Assembly: GCA_947566705.1 (NCBI GenBank)
Contig: CANOLA010000008.1
Span: forward strand, 634 to 64,633
Direction of reading: 5' to 3'
Origin: an uncultured Lachnospiraceae bacterium
GTDB taxonomy: Bacteria > Bacillota > Clostridia > Lachnospirales > Lachnospiraceae
DNA length: 64,000 nt
Position 1 is the stretch's first letter. Every line of letters begins with the position of its first letter. Below, piece by piece: positions 59,400 to 64,000 of the stretch. Position numbers and translations under genes: made by a program. The notes beneath the pieces are model-generated. The model ran no database searches and had not been told where the DNA came from. It saw only the letters and a program-made list of their open reading frames with translations.

Positions 59400-61887
59400 T
59401 TACAATTTTAGTCCGGATTCTTCCAGTAATAATCCCCCCATCAGCGCCTTACACTGCAGGGAAAAGAGTTCCGGCAGCCCCTGCGAAATCTCCCCGTCCT
59501 CACAGTCCATATATTTTCTGACTGCATCACACATCTCCATACCATCCAGACGTCCGGAAAACTTACGAATAAAATCATCAAATTTCTTTCGCAGTAATTC
59601 TATATCAGTCTCTGATATATCTTCCAGTTTCTTAATATCATTATCAGCAAATGCAGCCATCTTATGCAGTTCATAAACCGCATCCAGTATCATGTTATTT
59701 TTATCCGGATACTCAATTTCATATTCCAGCTCGCGGCCTTCACCTTCCTGAATCAGGGATACCCCAAACTCTTCTTCCATTGCCCGCATCATCTCATATG
59801 TTCTTTGTGACCATGTATGATCCTGTACCTTTTTCATGCCATTTTCTGCAATTTCCGCTGCTTCCCGCAGATGTTCCAGTAAATATTTAATACGCTCCGG
59901 AAGTAAATCCGTCTCCTTCAGGGAAAAGATGACCAGTTCCTTATTATCCTCAAAATTTTCCAGAATATATTTGCTTTCATCCGTTACTGCAGCGGTTCCG
60001 CTCAGCATTGCTGATGCAATCCGTTCCTGAAATGCATCCTTAAACCACGGCATAATATTTAATGCAATCTTTGCATTTGCCAGTGCCTTGGATGCCGCAT
60101 AAGAACCGCCCTCATGCCAGATAAGGTTTTCTTTATGCTCTGTGTGGAAATTATCCCATCCATTTCCAAACACATCAATCTTTATACCGGCAGCCAGCAG
60201 TGTACGGATTACTTTGTCCCTGTAATAAGATCGTGCATAAAAATCAATTACCAGAAACTCGCCTGCAAGCTCATGAAAATCGCTGTCACTAACGTCAAGA
60301 TTATATTTTTTCAGAGTTCTGGAGAGACACTCCGGCTGGGTAAGATGCGGATGAATAACAATATCCTCCAGCATATCCGCCACAAACCGTGCCATAACTG
60401 AACCCTTTTCGAATCTGGAAAGTGCCTGCTGTCTGTAATATTCAGGGTCTGTATAGGTACCAGTAAAAATAACATCCATTGTGCGTTCTTCATATGGTAC
60501 ATATACCGGATAATAACAGCCGGACAACGGAATAAACCTCGTATGCTTTACCATTGAAAAATACTGGTCAATGTAATCGCAGAAATTTCTGTCGCAGGGG
60601 AAAATAATTGTTCTATCATCTGCCTGTATCAGCTTGTCCTGCAGGTCTGATGCAGTCGGAGGATCACATACATAAATTCCGTATATGGTTTCCGATGATA
60701 AATTCTTTGTGATCCCCCAGGAACAGAGAATCCCATTCACATCCAGCACTGCATCAAACCGATAGGTCGAAAGCACATGATTGTAAAGCGCAGGCTGCGC
60801 CAGTGACCACCCATCCAGAATGCAGGTATTACACCCAAATTTCCGCATTGCAGCTGCCCATTCATCAACATATTTATCAGTTGATCCATACCGCGATATT
60901 GTTTTTACTAATAATATATTTTTTCTCTCTTCCCTGACAGAGCCGAATTTCTTTTGAAAAATTTCCACCATATGATGCACATCATTCTCAAACTGCATCT
61001 TTTCTCCTGCTATAAACTGGCGGTATGACTCAAACTGTTTCATATGCACTTCATAATTCTCACAAATATCCTGAAGCAGAACCGCTATCCGGTCATACGA
61101 ACCATGCACATCTTCGAATTTATATTCTTCCTGTATTGGAACATCATCAAAAAACGCAGCGCTCCCTTTTTTATTTGTAATCACACAGCAGCCACAGCTT
61201 GCCGCTTCCCGTGGTATCCTGTCCTTTCCGGGATGGTGTCCAAAGTCCACATACACCTTGGCAGCCTGCATCCTTACAATCATTTCTTCTTCATTCAGCC
61301 CCGACAGCGGAATCCAGTTCAGCCACGGCGTTGCATTAATCAGCGGGCAGATTTCTTCATAGCCCTTTGCCGGATTATATAAAGCAATATTCCTCCGGTA
61401 CTGTCCTGGTAAAATAAACTTCCCATACTCCTCACCAATATAGTCCGATAAATACAAAATGTTTTCCTCTGAAATACTGGTACGCTCCAGCAGGTAATCC
61501 TTTGCATAATAAGACTGAACCAGATGATAATCCACATTCTGCTCAATCCATTTCAGATTCGTTTCACCTGTATTAACTATATAATTGTCAACACTCATCC
61601 ACCAGATAATCTTTCTTCCGGCTGGCAGCCATGGTATCCATGTAGTCAGCGCCTCAGGCACAATAAATATCGCATTTTTATTTATATTCAGTAAAATTTT
61701 TTACATGCTTTGTGTCGTATTTATAATATTTTGCACTTGCATCAACGTCCAGCGGTTCCAACTGGCCACTGCGTGTATAATACATGTATGCTTCCTGCCC
61801 CATCTGCAGCAATGAATGGCAGAGCTGATGCGCCAGCTCCGGACCTCCTGATTTTATCTCTCCCGGACATAAAATATAATAGGTCAT
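59400..61887 (-). pseudogene. two-module glycosyltransferase split by a frameshift near 61661-61700
   Basis: 61678-61887 (SGGPELAHQL) continues in the +1 frame as NKNAIFIVPEALTTW...YVDFGHHPGKDRIPREA, then a CgeB-like module. Confidence 0.72.
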
Positions 61888-61899
61888 GTTTTCTCCTTT

Positions 61900-62700
61900 T
61901 TAATTTTTCACAGCCCTGACAATACCATGGCGCAGCTCTCCATCAATCCAGCTGTCTATATCCTCTTTAAAAAACATATATCCCTTTGTGGTTGATGTAT
62001 TAAAACGATATTTTTCCAACAATCCACGAATATCTTTTTCTGCGTTTTTACGATGATAAGCGCAGACCGCACACTTTGCCCTGCTGCTTTCCATTAAAAC
62101 TTTAGCAGCACCTCTTAAAGCCGGAACCTCAGCTCCCTCTACATCCAGTTTAAGAAAATTAATATGTCCCTCTTCAACAAATGAGTCAATACATGTATAC
62201 TGCTCATCATTGATATCTCCCAGCATTTTTTCAATAATAACCACTTTGTCAGACCATGGTTCAAACGTCTTATGTAATGCTTCAATCCAGTTATGTTCAC
62301 ATTCGACTAAATAAACTTTTTTTGCCCTGTCCACAACATCCAAAGCAAAATTCCCCTCTGCCACCCCTGCATCTACTACGATATCACCTTCTTTAACATC
62401 AAATGTATCGTCCAGATATCTGTGAGGAGAAAGGGGATCCTGCTCCAGACTTACGAAATTAATTGCAGAAAGTACCTGCTCTTGTGAATATCCTCTGGGA
62501 TAATACATTTTCCTATTATTCCAGAGAGCAAAAAACATCCCTGCTTTTGCATCATACTGGACAAGTTCTGATTGTCCCTCTGGATTTCCAGAATACTTCT
62601 TTACGAAATTCTGGTTGTATGCCCCGACACAACGGCTGGCTTCAATATTTCCCAGAATTTCCTTAATATCCTCATCTGTGGAACTCCGATAATTAGCCAT
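61900..62700 (-). CDS. FkbM family methyltransferase
   Basis: VVDAGVAEGNF, FLKLDVEGAE, VCAYH. Confidence 0.88.
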   Translation of the reverse strand: MANYRSSTDEDIKEILGNIEASRCVGAYNQNFVKKYSGNPEGQSELVQYDAKAGMFFALWNNRKMYYPRGYSQEQVLSAINFVSLEQDPLSPHRYLDDTFDVKEGDIVVDAGVAEGNFALDVVDRAKKVYLVECEHNWIEALHKTFEPWSDKVVIIEKMLGDINDEQYTCIDSFVEEGHINFLKLDVEGAEVPALRGAAKVLMESSRAKCAVCAYHRKNAEKDIRGLLEKYRFNTSTTKGYMFFKEDIDSWIDGELRHGIVRAVKN

Positions 62701-62708
62701 CAGTTTTC

Positions 62709-63998
62709 CTATAAGAATTCCCCGGCAAACCCATTCGGTTTCATATTTACCTGCTTCAGCTGCTCCTCATTCATGGATTTTTCCCTGGCAAGTTCTTTCG
62801 CCAGTGCCCCGTTTTCCACCGCAAGTAAAAATGAAAGTATATGCAGACACTCCAAATTAAGCAGTTCTGTTGCAAATTCCACCTGTTCTTTCGATATCCC
62901 CATCAGATAATCAAAAACTGGCTGTGAAATATTTATTTCCGGATAATTCGCATTTATTTTTACATACTGGGAAAGAAACTGCATATAAAAATATTCAATA
63001 TCACACTTTTCCATCTTACTGTATAATTTCACATGAGCAATCATATCCATAATCCCATTAATGTTATGAATGGCATCCTGCAGCAACTGGCGGTCATGAA
63101 GTTTCCCATATTCAATCCGGATTATTTCACCCGCTTTTCCACGTTTCGGAGGCTCCAGGAACAAACACTTCTGCACATAACGAATCATCTCAAACGTCCT
63201 ATGCTGCCATGTCAGTTCTTTTTCTGCCCGCTCTTTTCCCGCCGCCGCTATCTTTTCCGCTTCATCAAGATGTTCCAGCAGCCATTTCAATTTTATAGGA
63301 AGTTCCTCCAGATCTTGCAGGGAATACAGAACCAGTTCCTTTCCGTCTGTAAAATTCTCCCGAATATAAATGCTTTCATCCGTAACCGAAACCGTACCGC
63401 TCAGCATTGCCGCAACGATCCGCTCCTGAAAGCCGTCCTTAAACCATGGCATGATATTCAGCGAGATTTTTGCATCTGCAACCGCCTTCCTTGCAACATA
63501 AAAATCCCCTTTTTCAATAATTAGATTTTCTTTTCCTTCCCCTTCAAATTCCTCCCAGCCATTTCCGAATACATGCACTTTAAGTCCATTTTCCACCAGA
63601 CTCCTAATCATTCTGTCCCGGTAATATACTCTTGCATATGCATCCACGTTTATAAATTCTTCCATCAGTTCCTGAAAACGTTCACAAGTTATCTCAACAT
63701 CAAAAAGCTCCAGACAATTCTGCAGGCATTCTTCCAGATCCTGCCGCGGATTTTCTATAATACTTGCCGCCAGATATTTTGCAATTTCACTGACACTTTC
63801 ATCACAACAGAAAATATCTTTGTATGCACTCTCTGGTTTTCTATAACTTCCAGTAAATACAATATCTTTTGAACGCCTGCTGTATGGTATGTACTGCTTT
63901 GAAGCCTCCCCGGAAAGCGGAATGTATTTTACATGTTTTATATTTGGACAGTACTTTCTAACATATGTCTCATGCCTCCTGTCACATACAAATACAAC
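62709..63998 (-). CDS. CgeB-like glycosyltransferase (5' end beyond window)
   Basis: Frame open to the window edge (VVFVCDRRH...DIVFTGSY); HVFGNGW, KISLNIMPWFKDGFQERI. Confidence 0.82.
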   Translation of the reverse strand, partial: VVFVCDRRHETYVRKYCPNIKHVKYIPLSGEASKQYIPYSRRSKDIVFTGSYRKPESAYKDIFCCDESVSEIAKYLAASIIENPRQDLEECLQNCLELFDVEITCERFQELMEEFINVDAYARVYYRDRMIRSLVENGLKVHVFGNGWEEFEGEGKENLIIEKGDFYVARKAVADAKISLNIMPWFKDGFQERIVAAMLSGTVSVTDESIYIRENFTDGKELVLYSLQDLEELPIKLKWLLEHLDEAEKIAAAGKERAEKELTWQHRTFEMIRYVQKCLFLEPPKRGKAGEIIRIEYGKLHDRQLLQDAIHNINGIMDMIAHVKLYSKMEKCDIEYFYMQFLSQYVKINANYPEINISQPVFDYLMGISKEQVEFATELLNLECLHILSFLLAVENGALAKELAREKSMNEEQLKQVNMKPNGFAGEFL

Positions 63999-64000
63999 AG

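Noticed and set aside
63665-64000. Apparent truncation of the last glycosyltransferase at 63665
   Set aside because: The frame is open to the window edge; the ORF track simply chose an internal Met
1-64000. tRNA, rRNA, T-box (before trpS) or riboswitch elements
   Set aside because: None recognised; the gap upstream of trpS is too short for a T-box, and a covariance-model scan would be needed to exclude others

Overview
Genomic window from a Lachnospiraceae-like Bacillota, judged from the N-terminally extended L22, the L3 insertion and the gene context. Almost everything is on the minus strand. 1-13.3 kb is the S10-spc-alpha ribosomal protein cluster (rpsJ to rpsM, with secY, adk, map, infA, rpmJ); its leader holds three tandem covarying hairpin repeats. 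13.8-17.4 kb is a BlaI/M56 module with a GTCTA-N6-TAGAC operator that recurs before a downstream gene. 18.5-23.4 kb is the most novel-looking locus: a 1222-aa secreted protein (2x CBM2, Ca-binding repeats, HFS motif, vWA, unknown C-terminal domain), then a membrane-anchored partner, an unannotated orphan copy of the big protein's C-terminal tip, and a decayed paralog of the partner. This is the layout of a polymorphic toxin/immunity locus. 24-39 kb is housekeeping: corA, an MBOAT/DHHW O-acylation cluster, trpS, cysK, an EAL protein, an MCP and pncA-pncB. 39-64 kb is a CDP-dideoxysugar/glycosyltransferase locus interrupted by a ~14 kb defence island: type II Wadjet directly behind HigB and a HigA-IrrE-peptidase fusion, two AAA-PD-(D/E)XK genes, an internally deleted IS5-family remnant and a deleted duplicate of the GT-FkbM pair. 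All calls come from reading motifs by eye; no database searches were run.
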